Of a DNA stretch of 64,000 bases, positions 50,680-62,890 are shown piece after piece. The translations under genes were made by a program, and so were the position numbers. The notes beneath the pieces were generated by a model. It saw only the letters and a program-made list of their open reading frames with translations, was not told where the DNA came from and searched no databases. The stretch comes from Takakia lepidozioides (lineage: Eukaryota > Plantae > Bryophyta): contig CM060734.1 in NCBI GenBank assembly GCA_030704615.1, positions 14,322,001 to 14,386,000 on the forward strand. The letters are read 5' to 3'. Within the stretch, counting starts at the first letter, position 1. Each line of letters starts with the position of its first letter.

Positions 50680-52880
50680 AGATGTGTATTGTGAGAATGA
50701 GGATGAGGTCTTGGCCGAAATGACGACACTTATAGAGGAACACAACATTAACGAAATCAGGTGCCTAGAAATTGTACTCCACTGCCATTGCCATCTGCTG
50801 TCACTCCATCCTGAGAGGAGAGTGGAGAAGGAACGAGTGCTGAGACTCATGGTTCAAAATTCACGACACCACTTGCGAAAGTGCCAAGAAACGTGGAAGG
50901 GGGCCCAAAATCCAGAATCCTTAGTCATTTTTACAAGGGTCGTAGATCTTTGTCTCCCATGGATTTGATCATGTCTGTCCCTGGAGAGCTTGAAAAGTTG
51001 AAGGCCCTGGTCAAGGTTGTAGAGAGAACCATAGTCCAACAAAAGGAATCAAAGAATGTTATGACTTTGGGTAGGATAGCTGCTTCAAAATCCAGCTCGA
51101 AACCTTTGTATCCAAGAAGAGAGAGCTCCAGCATTTCGTATGCCCACACTGGAAGAGTTAGAGCGTTGCATGCCATGGTCACCATTGGCAAACATCAGGT
51201 GCTTGGGCAAGTGGACACTGGAGTGATGTTATCTGTTATTTCGGCCAGTACAGTGAGAGACCTTGGTTTGATGGGTTCTGTGGCCAGCGATTGAGATATG
51301 ACATATCGGGTTGTATCTGGAGCTGTGGAGACAGCTATGGGCAGATTGGAAGACCTGAAAGTTACAGTCAACTAGTGAGCTCTTTCATGGTGGTAGATAC
51401 TAACACACACAATATGCTGTTACGACTGGACTTTTTGAGAAAGTTTGGAGCCCGCTACAACAAATTCCGGCTTTTACGACTGTTGTTTTGCAGTAGTATC
51501 AGCCATTTATGACTTCGTGACTACCAAGTAAAAAAAAACCCTGTCAGTTATGACATTGCAGTCGGAAGTGCCATATAAGTCGTAAGTCGCAGTTTTGGAG
51601 TTGTCTGTTGACGTAGCACTTGAGCTGTCTGCTCGTAGTCATTGCCACGACTGCAATTTACGACTACAACAGTCCATGTCGGCTTGACGTGGCGATGACG
51701 TGGTAGTCATAAAATTCTGATTAAAAAAATTTGAAATGTGAAATTCAAAATTTGAAATGTTGTTGATAGTTGAACCCATACCATCCTTCAGATTACTAGA
51801 CAATGCATATCTAAGACCTAAGACCTCTGCATTAAGCATCACTAAATCACTATACACTAACCAACAGATCTATTATACATATATACATCACGTAGATGGT
51901 TTGATTGTATATAACCATAATAAACTTTGAAATATAAAGCTTTTGACACGTCTAATCATAGTCATATATGTGACTACTAGTCATATATATACCGTACAAC
52001 ATGACATCATAGTCACAGTCATGTAGTAATACATGATTATGATATGTCATCCAGTCATAAACATGTATATGACTATTAGTCATATGTACCATCTCACATT
52101 CGACACGTGTAGTCGTGCAGCCATGCATACATTGGAATGCTCATGTCATCTTAGTATAGTGTTGGACATGACTCGTAGTCGTATCAACCATCTCAATGCA
52201 TCCGGTCAACTGTGTTTGACCGCAGATCCGCAGATCGAAGAGTCATGTAGTCACGTATGTGACTTCGGGCTAACTCCATTGGCATTGACAACTGCAATTG
52301 GCACTTTGTAGACAGATATGCCATGACTGGCCAAAAGTGACGGTCGTAAAAATCGGAGTTTGTTGTAGTGGTGGTGGATATCGAGACATAGACTATGCGC
52401 ATTTGATATAGGCCAGGGAGAGCAGTTGCTCATATTCCGTTACACACCATCAATCAGCTGGAACATGAAGATGCTGAAGTGGGTAATTCTGGTCTGGAAG
52501 AAAGAGAGTACAAACATGGAAAAGAAGGTCAAGGGCAGGTCATGGAAACAAATTTGCACCTGCTGGTTATTGAGGATACTAGAGCTGAGGACGAATATGA
52601 GGAAACAGAAGAAGATGATGTATCTGAGTCAGAAACTGACAGTGAGGACTGGCATAGCCCCTCATACAACATTTGCTTAAGCGGTGGAACGAGCTGCCTA
52701 CGAGGAATGGACGAAATTGGGGCTTACGCCCAGTTTGGGAAGGGCACTTCTGCAAGTAAACAAACTGAGGTGGAGGATTAACCTCAGCGACGACGAGCAG
52801 GGTGATGAGGACGCCACGGTCGGTAAAAACCTCTAGAAGACGAGAAGGATCCAGACGCATCGGCTGATGAGGAGGAGGGT
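50680..52880 (+). pseudogene. Degenerate retroelement gag/retropepsin-like region, interrupted by a CACTA-like element
   Basis: GQVDTGVMLSVISASTVRDLGL and FMVVDT..NMLLRLDFLRKFGA|VVDIE (aspartic protease motifs), split at 51453-52370. Confidence 0.65.
51453..52370. mobile_element. Non-autonomous CACTA-like element of 918 bp
   Basis: TIRs C(G/A)CTACAACAAA.TCCG..TTTTACGAC at both ends, with tgac/gtca-rich subtermini. Confidence 0.85.
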
Positions 52881-53223
52881 AGCTATCGTGTGAGCAGCTC
52901 ACGTGAGCACGCTTACGCTTAAAGTGGAAAATGTGAGCAGAATCCCTTAAGCGTGAGCAGATTAGTGAATGGGAGCCTACAACCGAGGGAAGAAGAGGGC
53001 CTATTGCCGTGGACAAAAACTACAATGCACGGACGCAATCCACACCCCATCCGACGGAAGAATCCAAGCTCCATGACGACCGTATGGTACGAATGTGCGA
53101 TGAAAAAACTGTCGGATGAATGGTTTTCAGGATGAATGAAAAATGGAATGGATGAATGGTGGATGACTTGTGGATGAAAAATGAGCGACACGGATGAACC
53201 ATGGTGTGTGTGCAGGTGCTTGG

Positions 53224-54821
53224 GATTAAGGTGTTGTCAACGACATCTTAATTCCCACTTCGAGTTGGCTCCATCTCCACAACAGACTTCATGGCTAGTA
53301 TGGCTTTTTCTCAGTGGCTGTGAAGTCTGTCCGACTTTATGCTTAGTCCTGCTCTGTTGCTCTTCCAAAGTTTCCTCGTCTAGGTCACGGTAGTATTCGT
53401 TCCTGGTCTTATTACGCTTTCATGAGTATTACTGCAAGATGTCAGTGATGGTTTTCTAGTGGTTCTATTTTTACGATGACCTCTTCCTGCGTTTCTCTCA
53501 ATTCATGGACGTAAGGTGAGGTGAGGTGAGGTGAGGGTAGGGCGGCTTGGAGGTAGGGCGAGGAACCTTAATAGTAGAAAATATCGCCTCAATCTATTGA
53601 CAATAATGTAGCTACATGAGTGGTCTAACTGTACGCGCGGTTGAGGAGCACAATACATTGAAGAAAATGGCGCCCAAGGCTGTGAAGGAAATTAGGAAGT
53701 TTGCCCAGAAGGCCATGGGGACCAGTGACGTGAGGCTGGATGTAAAGCTCAACAAGCACATATGGAGCAGAGGTGTCCCGAATGTGCCAACCAGAATCTA
53801 CGTCCGAATGGCAAGGAAGCGCAACGACGACGTGGATGCAAAGGCGGAGTTGTACTCATATTTTACTTCAGCAAAGTTACCCGCGGAAGGGTTTCACAAT
53901 CTCGGCACTAAGGTTGTGGAAGAAGATGATTAGGTCTTCAGCTGAATACTAATTTGAATGGTTACAACCCAAATACCACATAGTCTCACCTCTGTTCGAT
54001 GTTGGTTCGATGATGATGATATGCTGGACTTCGTTTTTGTTTCACGTGGGGCAATTGCATCTCGAGTGTGTCCTCAATTTGAGATTTATCGGCTGATCCT
54101 GGCCCTACTTACTTTTGAGGGAACTTGAAGGAAACTGCTGAAGGTAGGAGGCAATTGCATACAGGAGTAAATTTGAGTTACCTATGGACTCTTTTGATGG
54201 GGGTGGGGTTGTAGAGGAGAGAGGAGAAGTGGAGGAAAAAACAAAATCCCCGAAAAATTTCTCCAAAAACAATGAACCCAAAAAATTGAATCCAAAAAAC
54301 TTTCATGTGCAGGTGGGGGGGATTAAGGTGTCGTCAACGACATCTTAATTCCCACCACCTGTTGCCACATGTCTTTTCATGGAAAAACCCAAAAATGCAA
54401 AAAAAAAATGAATCCAACAAAACTTTGAAGGCGGTGCGTGTGCAGGTCGGGGCGATTAAGGTGTCGTCAACGACATCTTAATTCCCACCACCTGTTGCGA
54501 CATGACAATTCATGGAAAAACCCAAAAAACCAAAAAAAAAATGAATCCAAAAAAACTTTCAAGGCGGTGCGTGTGCAGGGGGGATTAAGGTGTCGCCAAC
54601 GACATCTTAATTCCCACCACTTGAACAAAACTTTCGAGGCGGTGCGTGTGCAGGTCGGGGGGATTAAGGTGTCGTCAACGACATCTTAATTCCCACCACC
54701 TTTTGCGACATGTCAATTCATGGAAAAACCCAAATAACCAAAAAAAATGAATCCAACAAAGTTTTCAAGGCGGTGCGTGTGCAGGTAGGGGGATTAAGGT
54801 GTCGTCAACGACATCTTAATT
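53224..54821. repeat. Subterminal palindromes GATTAAGGTGTCGT-CA-ACGACATCTTAAT (6 copies; five in a tandem array at 54306-54821)
   Basis: Copies at about 53224, 54321, 54454, 54583, 54662 and 54792. Confidence 0.9.
53650..53933 (+). pseudogene. RPL31: 5'-truncated, intronless 60S ribosomal protein L31 fragment
   Basis: [70 protein letters not shown]. Confidence 0.9.
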
Positions 54822-54945
54822 GGAAAAACCAACAACCCCAACACAAATCAACCAAAAACAGATTCAGCCAAAACAGAAATGGATGTATTCATTACATTGA
54901 ACAAAGTGGAGTAATTGGCAAAGAACTGAACTCCTTCAGAACACC

Positions 54946-57900
54946 TCACATTTCAGTAATCCTATCTCGCTGCAGAAGTGTATGAATGTCAGTGGGACCC
55001 ATTGTACATTGGCACGTGTCTCGGTGAGGATCACAAAACATCTTGTGAATGTAGATGTAGTATAGGTGTTTGCACGGGACAAATTTGGGTCTCTTTCCAA
55101 TAAAGCTTGATAAAGTGTTCAAGAAGTCCGGGCATGTGCAATTTGGAAAATTCCCAACAGTTACCTCATAAGTCCTATCGTGAACAACAGAACCCGATGT
55201 CACCCGCCCATAGCCTAGAGGGGGGACATTGACAACTTGGGTCACCCGACACTGCAGGGTTCTTGCTGACTCAATTTTGCACTGGTTTTTGGGACCTGCC
55301 TCAACACGACGGACCGGTTTTTCATTTCGTTTCGTAGGCCAGTCGTTCCCATGTGGTGGACGTGGGGGGAATGCAGATTGCGAACCCCAACATGAAACTG
55401 GTATTATGACTGCGAGGCCTCTTGGAAGACGAAACCCGGCATCCTCCAGCATCTCAATTTCTTGCTTCGACAGACATGTTCCCAACTTCACTGGCCACAC
55501 GGCTGGAATTTGAGGCTTACTGATGACTGAATCCCGACAAGTCCCCATCACACAACGCTAAATGTCATCAGGGCAAAACCAGAACTTGTGAGGCCTGGAC
55601 TCTCGCGCACTGTAATGTTTGAATAAACCTGTGAAAGATGGGGTAGGAGTCCCGCCTCCGTCCCTAGAAATCTTGCTAGTGCACTTCACAAAGGACAATG
55701 CCCTTACAGCAGAACACCCAACTTTTGATCCTTGAGCTGTCCGTTCAATGTGCCACATTGCATCAACACAATCCACCGCCAACATCATCTCTCCCTCTCC
55801 CCGCACTGGAGCAGAGGGATATGAAGCATTGAATACAGCAAAAGAACATGCACTGATAGAGGGACTGCCAGATTCGAAAGTCGGAGGCACAGGCACGCGA
55901 GGAATTGAGTAATTATCCCTATCATGCCGATGGGAGTCACCAGCGGATCCTGGAGGGGTGTCAAGTTTGCACTTGCATGAACCGAATCTTTCCTCCCCTT
56001 CCAGATGTGGGAGCCTGGACTGCAAAGATGTTCTATTTGTGAACTCATTTATAGCACGCGCCATTTTGGCGGGATGCTTCGCTCTATTTGCAGCCCTAAG
56101 TAGCAACTCTTCCCTGTCTAGACCTTTGCTAGCACCCCGTCCCCTCAAGAAGTCCCGGTACCTTGTTTGTTGCGAAAGAGCCCGGACCATGTTATCTGCA
56201 GTCGCAACGTACAGGTTCCGCCCGTTTTTGCCGGATTGCGCCATCCACTTATTATGCACAGTCTCCGCTAGATTGCAGGAGGGCATATCGGCAATGTCCT
56301 CTAGTGACATGTTCTGCATGCAATTCAACACAAGCATGATTACGTCCAGCAGCATAAGAACTGGATTGGACGGCATGTTCGTTTTATGATATATCTCCCG
56401 ACGAGAAGGAATAAAGCAAAATCATGCTATTACGCTTCTAACTTACAGTTGTCATGAAGGCACCCCCTGTCTATATCTGAAGTGCCAGAACCCAACCAGT
56501 CTTCCAGTTCTTTGATTCCATCCAGACTCGCTGCCTCAGATGAGTACCACCATGCTCGAATAGTCTGGAACATAGAGTTGGATTCCTGCTCGGAGGTGAC
56601 ATCTTTATACGGACGACATAGTCTCATATGCTCCTCCCGCAACTCCAGTTTTATGGAACTCTTTGTGTGGCGTTGTAGGGACTGGCTCCAATGAAAGAGG
56701 CAAGTGCGTTCCTGACCTTCCATTGGTAGTTTGGGGTCGCCTGAACCAAAAACAGTGTGGACAACATTCCAATTTGCTTGAGTGCTGTCAGCCATGAACC
56801 TAGTGAAGTTTGGATCTGGGACAGCATGAGCTGTCATGACGTTAACAAGGGACTTCCACATAAGAATTTGTGACTCTGTGTCCTCCGACTGCATGTCACA
56901 AACAGCAACAGTCATCACTCTCTAGTATGTAGGATCATATACATGACATCCATGGTCGTCCATTCCTTCACACGTTTCACGTGATCAAACATAATCCAGG
57001 ATTTCTGAAGATCACCACCGGGCTGCATTCTTCGCACCAGACTAACTCCCGATCCCTCACCAACTGTGGACATCTTGAATAAGTACACTTTCCTGACACC
57101 TTGCCCCGGGAAAACATTGTCCTGAATGAAGTCATATCGGTTTTTACGCTTCAACTCCAGGATGCTATCCAAAAAGCCTGTGTTGGCAGCACCCCCCCTT
57201 AGGACGTTGATTTGATTTCGCACATTCGGAGAACTCAATATTGAGAAATGGTCCAGAACATCGTCAAGGGACGCAGTGTCAAACTTTGTGGTGGACTCCT
57301 ACGATTCCCCAAATAAATGCTTTTGCAGGAATTCTTTGCTTGCTGCAAGAGCAATGGCTGATGGTGATGCACCAGGAGCACTATGAATTTCGTGTTCAAG
57401 CAGTGAACGGACTGTATCAATAGTCTCCCTGCACTGTCCTCGGGACACTGGATGTGCATGAATGCCGAAATGGATACATGCCCTTGTGAGGTAACTGCAA
57501 CTGTGAAGCACGTAGTACATACGTGCATTGCAACCTGCGATGCACTGTGGGACCAATTTACAGAACTTGCAAACGAGAGTACTGCTGCTTGCAGGAGCAC
57601 AACCTACTTTGAAAGGGTTGTCGCAGACACCTTCCCATTCCGTCTCGTTTGCTGAACCACCCATTTGGAAGTGCTGGCAAGAAGCATTTGCACAACGGAG
57701 GTGTCCAATGCAAATGGATCTACGGAACTTCAAGCCATGCGGATTGCATATATTGGAAGTTTTCGTCCGGCACCATGGATGTCCATTGTGCTTCTTGTCC
57801 ATTCCCGCCATTCGTCCTGCCAATCCCCCAGAGGATGTCGGTGGTGGCAGCTCAAAAATGATATCACCATTAAATTCAGTGGGTAGGTATTTTGCTCTAA

Positions 57901-58462
57901 CGATCCGCTGTGTATCCCAGTCAATGCCTCTCACATCACTCTTGCATCCTGGCAACCCCCTCAAGGACTGCAACTTCGGAATGACATTTGCAATCTCTTG
58001 CACATCGGGGTCCTCCAACAGACGTTGGTTCGGAGGAGGGGGGAACTTCGACACATCCTCATCTAAACTATCGGAGATCTCAACAAATGTGGTGGAGGTT
58101 GTTTCTTCTCTTTTGATGGGCACACTTTTTGGCACCTGAGCCACCAAAGCTGCTGTTCCGGGCGTGACTATGGAACCTCCCGACAGATGTATTTGATCCC
58201 CATGAACATGATACTTTACAGGTAGAACTCTCCACTCTCGCCGACTGCCGGTCAAATGTGGTTTCTGAACGCATGTGCCCTCGACCTTCCCCACTTTGTC
58301 ATACACCTCTCTCACCACATGTACAGTCCCTGGCTCAAAGCGGAAGGTTACGCAAAGCAAGTCTTCTTGAACAAAGGCGAGCCCATTCGCGTCGGCTACG
58401 GCACTCAGGTACTCCGCTTGCGCGTTGGAGTAGAAAACAGCCACGTCGGAGTTGAGAGACAT
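54946..58462 (-). pseudogene. MULE transposase copy 2 (GCM-like, DDE, SWIM) with stops and frameshifts
   Basis: GHPWCRTKTSN..CIGHLRC..HFGIHAHP; IMFDHVKRVK; FMADSTQAN..CLFHW; CNLAETVH; CTCPDF..PCKHLY. Confidence 0.88.
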
Positions 58463-59659
58463 TGCACGCACAAGCACGGGAGTGTGGGCAGTGGAGAGTA
58501 GGTGATAAGAGGACACCAGGAAGGCCAAATTATGCGAACCTCTTCCTGACAATGTCTCAATGGATCCATCGACTGAAGGTGTTGAGGCAAATTAGTACTT
58601 TGCATGCTGTTTAGTAGCCGGCTTTGACTCTGACAGATGCTGGAGAATATTATCCCAGTGATGTCAGATCACAGACCGCCGGACAGAAGATTCTGACAGA
58701 CAAGAATTGCGGCCGACTTTGCAGATGCCACATCCTCAGTGACTGCGCTATGGGTCGAACCCCTTATGTCAAACATGGATGCGTGGCATGCCAGTATTTA
58801 AGTGTCTTGCACGGGCAAAAGGTGTCGAGTTCTCTGCGAGATAGCCCGCAAGCACCCCGCCGAAAAACAAAAACCCCAATTATGAGCCGTTACGTTTTTG
58901 GTTGATTTGTCATTCGTTGAGAGGGAGGGATAAAAACCTAACCGCCATCCACTTTTGCCATTTGCCGGAGGGATGTCTTCGGAGGTTACATTCTGGCGCT
59001 CAACATTTCAGACTTGCCACACTGGAGCATCCCAAGAACGACAACATTTCCGCAAAGAAGAGAGCGAGAAAGCAATCTTTGTACTTCACGTCAGCTAGGC
59101 AGAGGTTGAGAGCGAGAGAGAGGATGAAGAAAGCTAGGAGGGCTTTGAGTTTGTCTGAGGGAGAGAGCGACCGCAAGGGGGACGGATCTGTGGGCGAAGG
59201 GATGGAGAGTCGGGTAGGTAAGGAGCCCGTTCTGGACAAGTAGCTCGAGGATCTATTGGAGCTGCCTCTTTGCAAACCGATACAGGAGGAGGAAGTCCAA
59301 AGGGAGAGTGGTGCTCCTGCGGAGGAGGAGGCAACGCAGCAAAGTCCGTAGAGGGGCCTGGCAACAAGGGGGCGGCCCTCCTCCATGCAACTGTCTTTGC
59401 GCCCGTTGAAGGAGAAGGCTCAAGCGGAAAGCAACATCGGGTTGGGAGAGGACGACACTTCCAGCGGTGGACAGAGTTTGATCCAGGTGAGTACAACAAC
59501 GCATTGGCTTCAGATCACCTTGTTCCCTGACTCGTAGCGATAACAAGAGCAGTAAGAAACATACCGTTTTAAGATGGCATTGACGATAGCTTAAAACGAC
59601 ATCGCATCATGTCCGCCATTGCATTCATAAGGGTATCGAACAAGCAGATGAGAACAAGG

Positions 59660-60625
59660 TGATTAAGCTGTCGTCAACGAAGGCAGAAGGCGTGGAGGAG
59701 GGGGCAGGTCTTCCAGCGGAGGAAAGAAGCCTGAGAAGGTTAGTTCATACATTCGAATCCATGTTTCTTGCAACACAAAAGAGGTAGATTGAGGTGTCGC
59801 TAATGCCACCTAAATCAGGCACCTTTCCGAGTAATGGTGTACCTAGGAAGGCTCAGGAGAAGGAAGATTAAGGTCTCCTTGACGACAGCTTAATCTGCCA
59901 CTGCATTCAACCAAAAACATGGAGAAAATACCCAAGAACTATAGCAGATTACGCAGATTATTATGTCGTTGATGACAGCTTAATCTGGCACTGCATTCAA
60001 CCTAAAACATGGAAAAAACACCCTGGAATTATAGCAGATTGAGCTGTCAGATTAATCTGCCATTGCATTCCACCGAAAACATGGGAAAAACACACTTGAA
60101 ATATGGCAGATTAAGATATCATTGACGACAGCTTAATCTGCCACTGCATTCACCCTAAAACAGGGGAAAAACACCCTAGAACTACAGCAGATTAAGCTGT
60201 CGTTGACGACATCTTAATCTTGCCATGCATTAAACCTCAAACATTGGAAAAACACCTTAGAACTACAGCAGATTAAGCTGTCGTCAACGACATCTTAATC
60301 TGCCTCTGCATTCAACCCAAAACATGGGAAAAACACCCTAGAACTACAAACAGATTAAGGTTATGACGACAGCTTAATCTGCCTCTGCATTCAACCTAAA
60401 CATGGGAGAAACACCGTAGAACTACAACAGATTAAGCTGTCATTGACGACAGCTTAATCTGCCACTACATTCAACCTCAAACATAGGAAAAACACCCTAG
60501 AAATACAGCAGATTAAGTTGTCGTTGACGACATCTTAATCTTCCACTACATTCAACCTAAAACATGGGAAAAACACCCTAGAGTAAAGCAGATTAAGGTG
60601 TCGTTGACGACATCTTAATCTTGCC
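59660..60625. repeat. Intronic tandem array of about 81-bp units, each containing the palindrome GCAGATTAAG(C/A)TGTCGT-TG-ACGACA(G/T)CTTAATCTGC
   Basis: gattaag anchors at about 59866, 60109, 60190, 60271, 60353, 60430, 60511 and 60591; the linkers are homologous to each other. Confidence 0.92.
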
Positions 60626-62414
60626 ATGAATTGTTTGTCCTAACACATGGCATTTTGCAGAAAAAGAGGAAGAAAGCAGGGGGAAGCCAGCCTGCAGAGG
60701 AAACAGTTGTACCTCAAGACAGGGACATAGTTGTGGACACCAACTATGAAGCCAAGGTGCATTCTCTTATGTACACCACCAAGGTGAACTCGAGGAAAGT
60801 CATCAACTCCATGGAAGTGAAAGACGACACTCTTTTCACTCATATGTGCCGGATGATTTCTATGCCAGCAGTTTGACCTGCCTTCACCACGATATCAAGA
60901 AGCTACTGAGGGATTTTATCTATGGGTACTTGAAGGGTTCGACTGTGTTTTACGTGTCAATGACTGCTATCTAGGGATCTGAGAATTGGTGGACTTGGAT
61001 GTAATGGACAGTTGGGACCCGCTTTGGAAAGAAGTGAATACGGAGTTTGAGATTGAGCTTTCACAGAACCCAGCACACGTCCAGTACATGAACAAAATGT
61101 TCTTTGTCTGGGATGGCAACCACCGTTTGGTGCCCTGGATGGAGTACATCAGCAGGATGTATGCGGAGAACAAATAGTAGCACTATCGGGTTCAGTCAAT
61201 GGTCCTGGATCCGGAGGGGAAGTTCACGCAGCTTCTAACTGCAATGCACGATATCGACATGTAAGAGTCTTGCCCACTTCTTGTCTTCCATTTCATTGTT
61301 ATGTCAATCTTCAAACTTTGTCAACTGACGTGTTCGCATTGCAGGGGGACGGAGACATCCCATGTCACCACCAACATAGTGCATTCCCTGTTTTGTATGC
61401 AAAGCATAGGAGTGATGCCATTGGAAAAGTTCGCGAGTGTCTTGTCCCCGGACACACTGAAGAAATGCCAAACGATCAAGAAGACAGAGACTTGGTACAA
61501 CCTGACAAAGGAGGTGTTTCCCGACTACTTGTACGCGGTGAGTTTCTGTATAGACAACCATTCTGCTTGAATTGTGGATATGACATGTTTTTGCTTTGGT
61601 TTTGTTGTTAACAAGGGTTACATGCGTGTGCCACAGCAAGAAATAGCAGAAGCGGGAGAACGAGCCAAGCTGGAGTATTACGCCACTACAGATGAGGATG
61701 AGAGAACGGCAAACAGGGTGGAGGTGAAAATGAAGGCGGACATGGATACCAGCAGGAAGAACCTCAAGAGCGCGTTCGACAAACACATTCAAATCGCTGA
61801 CCCCGGATTGGGAAAGGGGTTTTTGGAGCAGGTTTGGATCCACTGGAACAAGCCCACTAAGCTAGAGATGACACGGGAAAAGCTCCACCGCCTTTCCATT
61901 TCCATGGTTGACCCCGCTCAGAAAGTGAGGTGGTTGGAAATCTGGAACTCGGATCCGATCATCCGGGATACAAACAATTTCCCCAAACCAATGAAGGACG
62001 CTGAGATTGGGGTGGTGACACCTATGAGCGACCGCGCATTCGACACTTGGTTGCACAAAGCTTCTGGAGCCAGGTGAGACTCTAAAACATTCTCGCTGTT
62101 CCAGCAATGAGTACATGGTTTCTTCTGTTGAATAACTCAAAATTTGGCGGATGGTTGTGCAGCTGGAGAAGCGGGCAATTGATACTTTTGAGAAATCACT
62201 GCTGGACTACAAGATCACAATGACCACTCCCAGCATCAAGTTCCAATTATACGTTCGGAAATGGAGAAGAGAGCTGTGGAAGTATGTTTTTTTCCGTGAG
62301 TTCGAGAAGGAAGGAGGCATTCTCCGCTCGCTGGACTTTGACCATCAGTATAACGGGGAGCATGCAATGAAACGAGTTCTGTACAAGTACTGCCTTCTAT
62401 GGTGATGGCACTAC

Positions 62415-62890
62415 ATTAAGATGTCGTTGACGACATCTTAAAACAGGCATTGTCTATAGTGCACATAGCAATTTTTCGGCACTAAACATAGAATTCCATG
62501 TATGGAGTGGGTTGATTTAAGGTGGCGTTGACGACACCTTAAATCGGTGCCCTTTGGGCTCTTGAAAACTGGACAGTTGTACACGTCTGTTTCTTGTTCT
62601 TCTGCAGGTCTTCATTGTTTTGTTGTGCTTCCTGCAGTTTAAGATATCGTCAACGACATCTTAAAACAGGCATTCTTTTCTAGTCCAGCAAGTCATTTTT
62701 TGTCAGACAACGGAAAAATACCATGTGGGCAGGGGTCGATTTAAGATGGCGTTGACGACATCTTAAATGGCTGCTCTTTGGGCTCTGGGAAACAGTTGAG
62801 TTGAGCATGTCTGCTTCGTGTTCTTCTGCAGCTCTTCATTTTTTGTTCAACTTCCTGGAGTTTAAGATGTCGTCAATGACATCTTAATCT
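62415..62890. repeat. Five palindromes of the copy-2 family in the intron homologous to intron 5 of copy 1 (one more lies at about 63700)
   Basis: ttaag(a/g)t.(t/g)cgt-(tg/ca)-acgaca(t/c)cttaa at about 62416, 62516, 62638, 62740 and 62861. Confidence 0.9.

Noticed and set aside
59860-60625. CRISPR array
   Set aside because: The 'spacers' are homologous to each other, there are no cas genes, and the array sits in a spliceosomal intron, so it is a tandem repeat.
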